Below, piece after piece: positions 24,694-36,671 of a stretch of DNA of 62,000 nt. Below the pieces are notes generated by a model. It made no database searches. It worked only from the letters and a program-made list of their open reading frames with translations, and had not been told where the DNA came from. The position numbers and the translations under genes were made by a program. Every line of letters begins with the position of its first letter. The stretch's first letter is position 1. Source of the DNA: Wallemia ichthyophaga EXF-994 (lineage: Eukaryota; Fungi; Basidiomycota); the NCBI RefSeq assembly GCF_000400465.1, contig NW_008806274.1:90244-152243 (forward strand), written 5' to 3'.

Positions 24694-24747
24694 TACGGTT
24701 TAATTTGATTTGTTGCTGATTACAAGCAGTCAACAGTGCGCTCCACC

Positions 24748-24790
24748 TTTTATATACGACCACAACATCTAGGACTTTCTAGCAGCTTCA
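24748..24790 (-). promoter_or_regulatory. TATA box plus degenerate heat-shock element upstream of the sHSP gene
   Basis: Minus strand reads TGAAG CTGCT AGAAA GTCCT AGATG (24790-24766), an imperfect alternating nGAAn/nTTCn array, followed by TATATAAAA (24756-24748). Confidence 0.55.
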
Positions 24791-24959
24791 GCGAGATAAG
24801 CAGGTGACTAAGCTCTGATGAGTAATTTAAAGCCAGCGTGAGCCATTCAGCAGTATCCTTTCAACTACTCAAACGCATGGCGGTCGTATACGAAGAGAGA
24901 AGTCAGGGATATTTTCACAAACGCATCACAAACGCAAAAGATAGAGAGAGCGATGCAAT

Positions 24960-26444
24960 GTATTTTATAGTGACGTAGTGTCACTTATTGAATGCAGTAG
25001 CGGTATATATTGTAGTTTGATGTATTAGATTGATGTTGATGATGGACGTGTCTTTGCTTTTGCTTGCATCGGATAGCTGTTGGACGGCCCTTGTCTGTTA
25101 TTTCATTCTCGATTCCGAGGCGGTTGCGGGTAGCTGCAATACGGGCACTGCTTGAAGAACGTTTCATTCCATTGGAGACAGCCGGTATTGCTGCAGCGCC
25201 ATTGCGAGCAGTTTGAATTCCACTTGCTGATAGGGATAGGCTGGATTGTTAGCTATTGTTCTCTGTAATCGTTGCCAATAACACCCACTTGAGTCATCTT
25301 TTTCAGTTTCACTTGCTCGAGCACTTGTTCGATTTGTTTCTGGTGCGCTTGCGCTTGAAATGTACAAATTGTCTTTATGGTGGTCACGACCAAGAACTAC
25401 CACTCAGTATCGCCCTGATTTTATAACCGCCCTGATTGATATTTTGATGGCCGAAGTACGTCCACGTCACAAAGCGTGACCGGTGTGATTATGTGGGGGT
25501 GTAAGCTGCTGAGCAGTGTTGTGCAGATGTCCTTTTCGAGCAATGTGCAAACTAGCTTTCATGCTTCTCTTGGCGCCTTTCTCTTATCAGATGACTCAAT
25601 GCGATGACACAGGTCGTTGTCAATGCTGTGATTCTGACGCCATCAACTTTACTGAAAGAGCCCTTTTTGATGACTTTTACTCTGTTCCATTGCTTGATTA
25701 CGCTCATCCTCAATTAACTTCAGGCACCCTCCCAAATAATCGGGCGGCATCATCAAAGATGCTCGGAGTTGAACTTGGTATACCGGGACCGAAATTAACT
25801 AAAAAGCTACACTAAATCTATAGCGCACTCCTCAATTTACTCCGGACCGAATCCGCAAACAAAGATGGTGCCATCAGATAGCTGATATCTGATCTTTAAT
25901 AAATTGAAAGTAATTCAGTGACATTGGATGGACTTTGGAGATCAAGGGATCTATGAACTGGTAGAAGACCTTTGATAATGACGATCTTTGCCTCACTAGA
26001 TGTAGCTATTGACTCAACACCCAAGTCTTGCTCACTCATGTGGATTGATGTATTATTTTACTGTTTAGTCTTAATTGCGACTAAAGCGAGTCAATCCTCT
26101 CACCAGAAAGACGCACAAGTCAGCACAAGCGATTAGAGTCAACTTTATATTAACATCTATACAAAGAATGGTATGATACATTCAATTACTCTAAACTCTA
26201 AGCTGTGAAAAAGCAAATAGAGATAAGACAAAGTGTTTTGCCTTGGGTTTTAGCTAATAGAACGGGACTCACAAACGTCGATAATGATGTATTTAATCTT
26301 GGTATTTCCGAGGCTGTTGACAGGGTGGCAAGATTGCCAAACCTTGAAGAGATCTCTCAGTATCAAGAAGTTACTTCCGAAACGCATGCAAGACATGCTC
26401 GAGCTTCTTTGGATATAGTTTTAGATGTTCTCAAGAAAATGTAA
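24960..26444 (+). pseudogene. Possible decayed protein-coding relic of unknown family
   Basis: Protein-like helical stretches are interrupted by stops and frame changes, e.g. SLARALVRFVSGAL...RPDFITALIDILMAE, LH*IYSALLNLLRTES...R*LISDL**IES and SKL*AVKKQIEIRQSVLPW...LDVLKKM. Confidence 0.35.
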
Positions 26445-26567
26445 AACTCCTAGTGACTTGCTCATTTGATTTTGTAATGCTGCATTTTGGTTTTACGTGT
26501 TTGGTTTTTAATTTTTTGTTAAAGTATATTGAATTGATTTCTGTACATATAGTGAAAAATATTATAA

Positions 26568-26617
26568 TTATACATAACTATACATGGCTATAAATGGCTA
26601 CAAACAGCTATACAAAT
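26568..26617. repeat. Imperfect 10-bp minisatellite, 5 units
   Basis: ttatacataa/ctatacatgg/ctataaatgg/ctacaaacag/ctatacaaat. Confidence 0.7.
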
Positions 26618-26852
26618 ACCTTTTTATCGATAAGCTTCTGAGAGCGCGTGACGGGATGTCACTTCGGGAATGGTTAGCTTAGGTTAGTCATGCACAATGC
26701 CGCGCATGTGCACTCCCTTTCAATTGGGATGATAGAAGATTCGCTATTTACACCTAATTGGCTTAGCTGCGTTTCATTACTATGTATTTGAAATGACTAT
26801 AATCTTCACTACTACTACATCAAGCGCCTAAAGCAACTAATAACCCTTTTCA

Positions 26853-28363
26853 TTAACGATCAACCTCACCAAAGACTAAATCGCTCGTCCCTATGATCGC
26901 GCTGAAAATTTTCAATAAGCTATATGTGGCTATGGAAGACAGTTACTTACACCATGTCAGGGAGGAAATGGTGGCGCGACATAAAGTCAGCACCAGCCAA
27001 ATGTGCAAAGCCAGGCGCGCGGATCTTGCACTTGTAAGGTCTGTTGGTGCCGTCGCTGATGAGATGCACCGCCATTTCGCCCTTTGGCGCCTCGATAGCA
27101 GAGTAAGTCTCACCCGCAGGCACTGCATAACCCTCCGAGAAAAGCTTGAAGTGGTGTATCAAGCTCTCCATCGACTCCTTCATCGACGCGCGTGGTGGAG
27201 GGACAATCTTGTGGTCGTCGATCTTGTACGGTCCAGGCGGCATCTTGTTGCAACACTGCCCGATGATTCTGATGGCCTCTCTCATCTCCTGGATACGGCA
27301 GATGTAGCGGTCGTAGCAGTCGCCGTTCTCCCCGACCGGTATGTCAAAGTCGACCTCGTCGTACTTCTCGTATGGCTGCGTCTTGCGCAGATCCCATGGG
27401 ATACCGGAGCCACGCAGCATCGGGCCTGAGAAACAGTAGTCGAGGGCCTCGTCCGCTGTCACTCTACCGACACCGATGGTACGCTCTTTCCAGATACGGT
27501 TGCCGGTGACAATCTCTTCAATCTCGTCAATGCGCGAGCTGAACTGGGTCGCCCACTTGTGAATGTCCTCGAGGAGGCCGTGGGGAAGGTCGAACGCTAC
27601 ACCACCCGGGCGGATGTATGCGGCATGGAGACGCGCGCCGGAGACTCTCTCGTAGAACTCCATCAGCTTCTCTCTCTCTTCGAAACCGTAAAGGAAGGGA
27701 GTGAGTGCACCGACATCCATGGCGTGTGAGAGGACAGCCATGATGTGGTTAAGAATGCGGGTGATTTCGGAGAAGAGAGTGCGAATCCACTTTGCGCGCT
27801 CTGGGACATCAATGTTGAGCAGCTTCTCGACGGCTTTGGTGTACGAGAGTTCGTTGGTCATGGCGGAGGAGTAGTCGAGACGGTCCATGTAGGGGAGCGC
27901 CTGGACGTAGTTCTTGTACTCCATCAGCTTCTCAGTACCGCGGTGGAGAAGACCAATGTGTGGATCGGCTCTGAGGATTTCTTCACCGTTAAGCTCGAGG
28001 ATGAGACGGAGGACACCGTGGGCAGCTGGGTGCTGGGGACTGTGTGGTGGATGTGTTAGCGTGTGTGTGTGCGTGTGTGCGTGTGTAGCCACCGCAACTC
28101 CAAACGCACCCAAAGTTAACTGCACAACTAGTGAGCTATTTGAACACAAAATGAACATTATACGCACCCGTAAAATGACGTAAATCTGCGTCTTTTCTGT
28201 CGCCGCTCTCTTTGAGAATATCCTCTGCACTTAAATCGTGCATATCCTCAACAGTGGCAGAGCTCGAGGCTCTGCTCGATGTACTGAATCTACTGAGATT
28301 GCTGGTAGCAGCCACTGGCTTTGGAAATTTCAAGCAATTCCTTATTGAGTTGAAACGAAGCAT
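26853..28363 (-). CDS. NDUFS2: Complex I 49-kDa subunit (NDUFS2/NUCM)
   Basis: Motifs [37 protein letters not shown] and the C-terminal DLVFGEVDR. Three introns and a 10-nt microexon. Confidence 0.98.
28061..28086. repeat. Intronic (GT)n microsatellite in NDUFS2
   Basis: gtgtgtgtgtgcgtgtgtgcgtgtgt. Confidence 0.85.
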
Positions 28364-28465
28364 TTGGTGGTGTTGACGGTGCACAAGTGTGCTAGCCGCG
28401 GATAGCACAAGATCATAAATTTTTTTGAAATATTAAATACATTTATTACAATAGCTATAATTAAA

Positions 28466-30003
28466 TCAATTGCCTTGCTTAGCTTGACTCAATTGGCTCT
28501 TTTTTTCTGCGAATAACTTCGATTCTGCGACGATGATAGCTGCGAGTGGCGTGTTAGCTGCGAGTATTTCTCTTAAAACATCAATCTCACCCTCTTGCAC
28601 CCAGTCGCGCCTATAAAAATCTGCTCTGCGCATCTCTTCCACCGGCACATTGGCATGCTCTGACCCCAGTATCAAATCGAGATCTCTTGATTGGCTATTG
28701 ATCCAATTCTTGACAAATGCTGCTGAATCGTTACTAAACTCATCCAAAAAGTCCCTCTTAACGATAGCATTCCTCACTGCTATCGCTGTCTGAGAAATCT
28801 CCTCATCCAGCTGTGCAATCCTTTGAGACAAATCGTGGTTTGGCATGTAAGCTGTGATTGTATTTGCCATCTTCTGCTTGATTGCATCTTCAACGTCGAT
28901 ATTGATATCGAATGCATGCTCTGACTGTGTTAGCTCTTTATCCACCCTACCATCGCTGACGTCAGTCAACCCTACCACACAAATAGTCCACTCACATGAC
29001 CGTATACTCCAGTACAACTGGCTCAACTGGAATCAAATACTTTTGTACGACATCAGGCAGTTCATGGTAGTAGATGGAATCAGCATGGAATATCTGCCAC
29101 TGTGTGTCAGCGTTCTTCACTCACATCCACCTCACCCACCTCCTTCAAATTGGAATCGGCTTTGATAACCCTTCTATCCTCTTTATCGAGTAAGTTATTT
29201 TGCTTCACGTATGCCCACATGTGAGTGATAATACCAGCCCTGGAATCCTCTTTGATCCCGAGCAATTGTGAAAGTGGTTCACTTATACCATACTTTTCAG
29301 GCATATGATCGAGGTGGAGGATTATTTTGGCCTTTGTTGCCTGATCGCCCCTCCTTTTGATCTCAAAACCATCCTTGTCACTCTCACCGGGCTGCTTATG
29401 CCATTCAACAATCGATGACTCTGGGTAAATTGAAGAGTCACGATCAAATTCCACAATCATTGATTTCAAGAGGGATGAAAATTTCTTCGGGGCGCCTCTG
29501 TTTGCTTTAGTTGTAGTCCCATCGAGCAATCTTCCCTCAATTTTAAACGTCCAAGCTGGAATACCAGCGCCTGTTTCGAAATTGACCATCTCTCCAAACT
29601 GCTGCTGTTCCCGCTGCTGCCATGGTTGACCGGAGGCTGTATTTGAAAGGAAAACGCGTAGCTGCCTGGTAGTTTTCGCAGGTCTTTGCAGACTATCATG
29701 AATCTGTGCACGCTTATGAGCAGCAATCATATCCAGTCTCTTTTCAAAACGAGTGAGATCGTCGTACATCTTTGATTGCTCTCTGACTGATTCGATGGCT
29801 TGGACGGAAGGAGGAAGTGATCTGTCTGTTGGTTTCTTCTTCTTGTACTGCTTCAGAGCTTCCTCCAAATCTGATTGACGCTTCTTCGATTGGCTGTGAT
29901 TCGTTGGAGTTGTGGTAGCCGTGTACATATTCGCATGTTGCGGCTGTGGCTGTGGCTGCTGCTGGGGCGAGCCAGTAAAAGCCATTTGCTGATAAGGATT
30001 CAT
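28466..30003 (-). CDS. SNF12: SWI/SNF-RSC subunit of the BAF60/Snf12/Ssr3 family (SWIB domain)
   Basis: Motifs KKPTDRSLP, WTFKIEGRLLD, DGFEIKRRGD, the SWIB domain and WINSQSRDL. Confidence 0.93.
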
Positions 30004-30088
30004 TTTTGAATTACGTCGATGCGTCGTTGATGGTGGTACAAGTGGAAGCTGCGTTGACCCGAACAGCCAACGCGGTGGAGACAAAGAA

Positions 30089-31176
30089 ATGTCCACATTG
30101 ACGCTCAGTTCAGATTTGATGGTTAGAGCGCCTTTAGTGTACACCAACCACCGACTCACATCCCCCAGAAATCATTCAAGCCTTGCAAGGCTTTCACCGG
30201 GTATTGCCAGGAAGACAAGGACATTACTGCTCTGTCTTTCGATGACACTGGCAGCACCTGCGTTACGGCTTCCTCAGACGATACCATACATCTCTTTGAC
30301 ACAAAGCTGGGAAAACACCAGAAGTACTTCAGAAGCGGTAAATATGGCGTGGATTTGCCTTGCTTCACCCATTCAAGCTCAACGATTATATATGCATCCA
30401 CCAAGCAAGACAACTCTATAAAATACCACAGCTTGCATGATAATAGCTACCTACAATACTACAGAGGCCACCAAGGTAAAGTTAACTCCCTCGAAATGAG
30501 TCCGACAGACGATATGTTCTTATCGGCATCGAGTGATGATACTGTGAGGCTTTGGGACTTACGCACCCCTCAATGTCAAGGGTTGCTTCACATTAAGGGC
30601 AACTCTATAGCCGCGTGGGATCCTAGTGGTCTTTGTTTTGCTGTCTCCCTTTACTCAGAATCCATGATCCTCCTCTACGATAAGGGTAGGTATGACCAGG
30701 CTCCTTTCGCCACTTTTGCTCTCAGGGACAGAGACCACAGAGGCAGGGATATCCGTCCTCACCCTACTTGCATCAAATTTTCATCAAACGGCAATTACAT
30801 CCTCGTCGGTACAAACTCCCCCTATCATTACATTTTGGATTCTTTTTCTGGCCAGATTTATTACAGACTAACCGGACACGAAACCTTTACGAGCGTAAAT
30901 ATCCAGCGAGACATGCTGAGTTGGTCGCCTGATGGAAAATTCGTCGTCGGCGGTTCTAAAAATGGTAAGATTCACGTTTGGGAGGTACCACCGACTGAAC
31001 CGAGAGATGCTGCCATCAAGACACTCTCCCCAATACACACCACTGATAATCATAAAAACACTCCAAGTAAAATTGTCGCTTTCAATCCTCGCGTTGTTAT
31101 GCTCGCGACTGCTGCTTCATCTGAGTTAGCCTTTTGGCTGCCAATGCAGGACAGTCGCCGTAGCAGCCATAATTAG
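30089..31176 (+). CDS. SWD2: WD40 protein Swd2/WDR82 (COMPASS/CPF)
   Basis: Motifs KYGVDL..FTH, YASTKQDNSIKYHSLHDNSYLQYYRGH and DDTVRLWDLR. One early intron. Confidence 0.93.
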
Positions 31177-31247
31177 CGTCTGTCAATCGCATTCTTTATT
31201 TATGTACAGTTAATTCAATCATTCATAATAAACGTAATAGTCATAAC

Positions 31248-32296
31248 CTAAACTCTACCGCTTTGGATAAGATCTTGGACGAGTTTGGGGAGATCAGCGT
31301 AGAAGTCTTTTGTTCCTCTCTGAGGCTTCCAGCCGAGCGAACGAGCTCTAGTTGCACGACCTCTGCAATTACTACCAAAGTACCACAAAGCATCAAAACG
31401 ATCAAAGTCTGCGCTACTGAAAGACTCTACATTCGCAGAAGAGATGCGACCGTGCTTCGAGAGTGCGTTTGCCATCACGCCAACAGCCTCCGAATAGTAG
31501 TAGTGATCAGTAACACCGAAAAAGTACGATCCGCTCTTATCCGATGAGATCTTCCCCTCAATTGCATTTCTCAGTATGAGCTGGAACAGATCGACAACTA
31601 AACCTGTCAGCGAGGTCACATCATACCTAGTTCCAACTTACGCTCGTATATATGTACATTGGGCCAGATATTCTTTCCATCTCCAACAACTTTTGCTTGC
31701 TTCAACTCAACAAAAATCGCAGCGAGAGATGGCATCTGCACAGAGAAGCAATTGCTTATCCCAGCTTTATAGAGGGCATGGTCGACTGCTTGGCCCCACA
31801 CAGTCGAAGGATAGACTATATGTAGCTGCATTTTATCGCTGTGCTCGAGGAGAAACTCATCCACATCGCGATGGACTTGAGAGGTGGGGAGAGTGTTGAT
31901 ATGTTGAGAGTCGCTGTCGTCGTACGTGGTATGCTGGTCGTGGAGTCCGCGTGCATCGTCGACGAGTGCACCCGTACCAGATACGTGTATATAGATAGCG
32001 CTTTTCCCCTTGCCTTTCTCAATGCCACTGACGATGGCCTTCGTTGAGGGCATATCGTCGGCAGAGTTGGCAGTGTGGATGACGACATCCGCTTTCTTTG
32101 CCTCATCTTCTATCAAATCAAACGAATTGTTGTCGCCGACAACTGCTTCGATGTTTTTGAATTGATTCAACTTGCTCGCCTTGTCAGTGGAGCGTGTGAG
32201 TGCTCTGTAATTAAAGCTAGGCCATTGATCTGTGAATCTTGCTAGTATACTGCCGCCAATGTATCCAGTTGCGCCTGTGAGAAAAACTTGAACCAT
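31248..32296 (-). CDS. NAD(P)-binding Rossmann, extended SDR/epimerase-like protein
   Basis: Motifs VFLTGATGYIGG, YIHVSGTG, WPNVHI and GSNCRGRATRARSLGW. One intron. Confidence 0.9.
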
Positions 32297-32507
32297 ATTG
32301 TGAATAGACTGAGTGGTGAGTGGTGGTAAGTGGTGGAGTGTGAGGAGTATCAAATGGATTCCTATGACACCATTACATAAGCATCAGCATGATCGTAAGC
32401 GACATCGTTCTTGCTCAGAACGGATATTGAAAATAGCCTTTCCAAATCAGCGTCTCGGAACTGCTTTTTTCTGGCGATCCTTTTCCTTTACCAACAACCG
32501 CAACACG

Positions 32508-32963
32508 ATGATGAAATACAAAGACGCCCAATCGCTCGAGTACAAAGCTCAAGTCCCTTCGTTTATACGCAAAATGAAGGGTGAGCGAGTGGAAGAAGAT
32601 GAGAACGCAGATGGCGACGTAGGTGATATTGAAGAAGTCGATGAATTTGGCAGATCCCGTCAGAAGCGCACAGAGCACATTGAGCACGAGGAGGAGCAGG
32701 ACGAGAGTGATCCTATCAAAGCGCTTATAAAGGATGGAGCACAGATAGACAATTTGGATGTGTTACAAACGGCGGAATCACCAACGCAGCAGGAATCACC
32801 CAAGAAAACATCTTCGGTAGGCCAGGAAGGCGTTAACTTTGGCAGCCAGGCAAAGAAACGCAAGACAATTCTCGTTGATAACACTTCCTCTCCTCAACTT
32901 TCAACTTCAAAACAGTCAAAGAAGAAATCGAAACAAAATAAAGGATTGCTTTCGTTTGAATGA
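32508..32963 (+). CDS. Small charged disordered protein (DUF4604/KIAA1143-like)
   Basis: N-terminal LEYKAQVPSFIRKM, C-terminal KKKSKQNKGLLSFE. The family assignment is from memory of the motif. Confidence 0.65.
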   Translation: MMKYKDAQSLEYKAQVPSFIRKMKGERVEEDENADGDVGDIEEVDEFGRSRQKRTEHIEHEEEQDESDPIKALIKDGAQIDNLDVLQTAESPTQQESPKKTSSVGQEGVNFGSQAKKRKTILVDNTSSPQLSTSKQSKKKSKQNKGLLSFE

Positions 32964-33300
32964 AGTTGCTTATAAAGGATGATAGGCACGGCCACTCCTC
33001 AAATGAGAGGATTCTGTTGGATTTACAAGGTTCAATTGAGGTTGAAGACGGCGTCGATAAGGTGGACGTGGGTAACATTGATATGAGTAATCCTGTGAGT
33101 GGAAAAGATGCTTCGAATTCACGCGTTTAACTTGTTTCTCATAGAACTCACCCGTTCTTCTCATCGGTCATCATCGAATACAAGGCAAAGTACACAAATT
33201 GGAAAAACCACTAGCAATCCTACAAAAGGGTGATAAAAATTATTACGTTAAGAATTTAATTTACAAAACACTTTTATTCACTTCAAGACCTTCTTATTAG
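32960..33300 (+). CDS. CTF8: Ctf8, subunit of the Ctf18-RFC clamp loader (not in the ORF track)
   Basis: Exon 1 32960-33094, intron 33095-33144 (gtgagt...ctcatag), exon 2 33145-33300. The 96-aa product reads MKLLIKD...ILLDLQGSIE...VGNIDMSNP|NSPVLLIGHHRIQGKVHKLEKPLAILQK...YKTLLFTSRPSY, which matches Ctf8 family motifs. Confidence 0.88.
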
Positions 33301-33308
33301 TGTACTAT

Positions 33309-34860
33309 TCACCGATGTAAATGCTTCTCCTTTAAGAAGAATGTTGGCACAACGGATAAGGTAATGAGTGCACCGGAAACACCAAATACCAATCCAGGAT
33401 GTTTGGACACGCTAGCTGCAAATATGCCACCTAGCGCGATAGGTGAGAGTACCTGTCCGAGCGCGTCAATGACATACAGTGCACCCAACGTAGCAGCTCT
33501 ATCGCGCTTGTGAGGTGCGAATGCAATCATCAGTGCTTTCAGAGCAGGCAACGCACCACTTCCTACTGACAGACAGCATATCATAACTGCCACAACTGAC
33601 GCATTGCTAGCCAAGCCAATTCCAAAGGTGAGTATGGCATCGAGTGCAAACGATATTTTCACCACCAGCACTTCAAAATAGCTAGCCGGTTCCTTGACAT
33701 GGTCAATCACTTCTTGTTCTTGAACACGGTCTTCTGTGCCATTTTCGACATGCTGACGATGTACCGACCACTCTTCATAGCTCCTCTTGAGGAAAGGCAG
33801 CGCGAGCGGGAAAACAATCAGCAAAAATATTGCCTTGAATCCTGTAAGCAAGGATAAATAAAACCCTGTCTAATGCGCCAATGTTAATTTGCTCATTGCT
33901 TGCAGCGAAACATCGCACTCACCCTGCTGGTGTCAAACTTGAATCTCTCTCCGAGATATTGAATCAGAGTTTTATCAGTGAACGCCGATCCTGACTGCAG
34001 AATAAAGACACTCAGGCAAAGCAAAAGTGGACCAGCATTCGTCTGCCCTCTGCTCCTTCCGAATATAATAGACAGTGGTCTGAAAAAGTCTTCAAGAGCC
34101 ATCTTGAAAGTCTTTGTAACTTGCTCGACATCCTGCAGCTCCAAATGTCCGTTGTGAGGGGTGTCTTTGATGTAGAAACGCAGGTATAACGCGCACAGTA
34201 CATAGATGACGAAAGAAAAGTAGTACGGCGATAAGAAATTACCAGTCACAGCTGGCAAGTATCCTCCGAAAGCAGAAGCAATAGTCAAACCTAAGAAAGC
34301 TGTACCTTCGAGATAAGACAGTTTCGTGGTACGATCGCAAACGCTAGTGATGTTGCTAACGAGGGTGGCCATTGCAAATCCAAAGGCAGCTTGACCGCCG
34401 AATGCAGAAGAAATTGCGAAAGAAATCATCAAAAGAATGCTGATAGTTGGAGTGGCGTGTATGGCCAACGGGAGAGTGATGGATGCCACTAAGGCCTGTG
34501 CTATGATGGTATAGAGGACCTTCTTCACGCCAATCTTGTCGAGCATCGACGTAGTGACAATTATCGAGAGCACGACTGGCTGGATTAGTTTGGACGGTGG
34601 TGGTGGCGGCTGCACGCACCCATGATACTATTTATGGATCCATACGCGGCAACGATAGACGCGGATAATTTCTGTACATCCTCCGCGCCACAATCGTCAG
34701 CACCCTTCACGCTACACGTTATACGCTTTATGCTGTCTATCGTTGACGGCAGAATCTCCTGCTGCGAGAAAGAAAATGCAAAAATCAGCGGCAATAGCCT
34801 TTTAAATGAAATTGAGGGATTTTCGTTTTTAGACAACAGCGGCACCGATTCGGATGACAT
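33309..34860 (-). CDS. MFS transporter (SLC46/TetA-like), minus strand
   Basis: Three exons with about 12 hydrophobic helices. Motifs SMLDKIGVK and GSGALPALKAL. An alternative in-frame ATG lies at 34896. Confidence 0.85.
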
Positions 34861-34894
34861 TCTTAACGCAAGACGTTGAGCCGGCAACAAGGGC

Positions 34895-36487
34895 ATGTCA
34901 ATCGCAATTCGAGCAGATGAGCCAATCGCCGTCGAAGAAGAAGTGAACAATATAAATCGCGACGATCCGATTGTTGTTGATAACATGCCACACATACAAA
35001 CCAAATCGAAGCCTTCACAGGTGTATTAGTAAGTGTTTATGTAAATATCCTCACTATCACCCTAAATCCTTAGTCTCTGGCCTTGCTACGGCCTCTACGC
35101 CATGGCAGTCGGCATGACATTTGCGCCGAATCTGGAAGTGCGGTCCAAGATAATCTGCGAAGGCTACAACACTCCCAACTGCCAAGAAGTCCCCTCATTC
35201 AAAAACGATGTCGCAGATCTCACGATAAAACTTTCACTAATCACCGGCATTTTGGCCTGTTTAACGACACCTTACTGGTCAAGTCTCAGCGACAAAATCG
35301 GCAGACTACCTGTAATCACGCTCACTAGCGCCGGATACTTCATATGTAACGCCATTAACGCGTATGTCTCAACAAGGCTCAACCCGAGTGAGATGTATTT
35401 GCTCTACGTGAGTGCAGCATTTGATGGCATCTCTGGTAGTCAAAGCACAGTAATGGCTATCAGCCATGCTTATGCTAGTGATTGCACGGACAATGGCAGT
35501 AGAGCTCACGTTTTCTCTCAACTGATGGGTGTGTTATTTCTAGGCGTCGCTGCTGGTCCTGCTCTTGCCACTTTCGTTACTAGGTACACGCGCAGTTTCG
35601 AACATGCATTCATTGCTGCAGCTGTTGCATCGATTTTGATGCTGGTCATTTCACTCATTATTCCTGAATCTTTGCCTAAACAGAAAAAAGAGCATATTCA
35701 TTCACAGCAATCTACACACTCCATGCACTCGTTGTTTAGAACACCCTCCGTCCTCGACAACTTCAAGAAACCATTCTCGATCCTCGCTCCACGTACAGAT
35801 CCAGACGATAAATCAATCAATGTCAACCTCCTAGCACTCAGTGTTGCATACTTCCCCATAGTACTTGCTATAGGTGCTGTGCAGATCAAGTTTCTCTACA
35901 CCAAATTCAGATTCGACTGGGACGTTAGCCAGTTGGGTACTTTTATAGCGTACATTGGCACAGTTAGGGCTTTAGCACTACTAGTAGTAATTCCAACAAC
36001 CATCAAAACCTTAAGACGCTACCTCAAACCAGCAGTTGAGTTGCCGACTACAACGATTTACGAAGACGAAGATGAAGATACCATTAACGAGGACTTGCTA
36101 GCCAAGTACACAGATCAAGGTGAAATCAAATTCGATTTGGTCTTGTTGAGAGTATGTTTGATCGCAGATTCATTGGCGTATGTCGGTTTGGCGTTGAGTG
36201 GAAACATTTTCACTTTCGCTGCATTTTCAGCAGTCTCAGCTCTCGGCGGTGGTGCTAATCCAGCTGCCATCTCTAGCTTAGCGCTATTACTGTCACCGAA
36301 CAAATCAGAATCCAGTGGCGCTGTCCTCGGTGCCTTTTCCAGCGTTCAATCTGCAGGTGCTCAAATTATAGGACCTGCTCTATACGGACTGATTTACTCA
36401 CATTCCCCCAATTCACTATTTCTAGTAGTTATTGGATCAACATTTTTCATCTCTTTGGCAGCAACTTTCTTTGTCAAGTATTGTTAG
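34895..36487 (+). CDS. MFS transporter (SLC46/TetA-like), plus strand
   Basis: Exon 1 is open from ATG 34895 (alternative ATG 34985). Intron 35029-35073 joins it in frame to ORF 35102-36487. Motifs WSSLSDKIGR and HAYASDCT. Confidence 0.88.
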
Positions 36488-36671
36488 TAGTATTTATGTG
36501 ACATCTTAATGAATGTATTATAACGACAGTTGAGTTCTTACAGATATGAATAAAAATATATAGACGAAAAAATTTCTGCTTGGGTGTAATTTCAAAGAAG
36601 TATGCTACTTAGACCTTTGACTTTTATCTAACATGATTATAAAGAGACTATAAAAACATCATAAACCTTAG

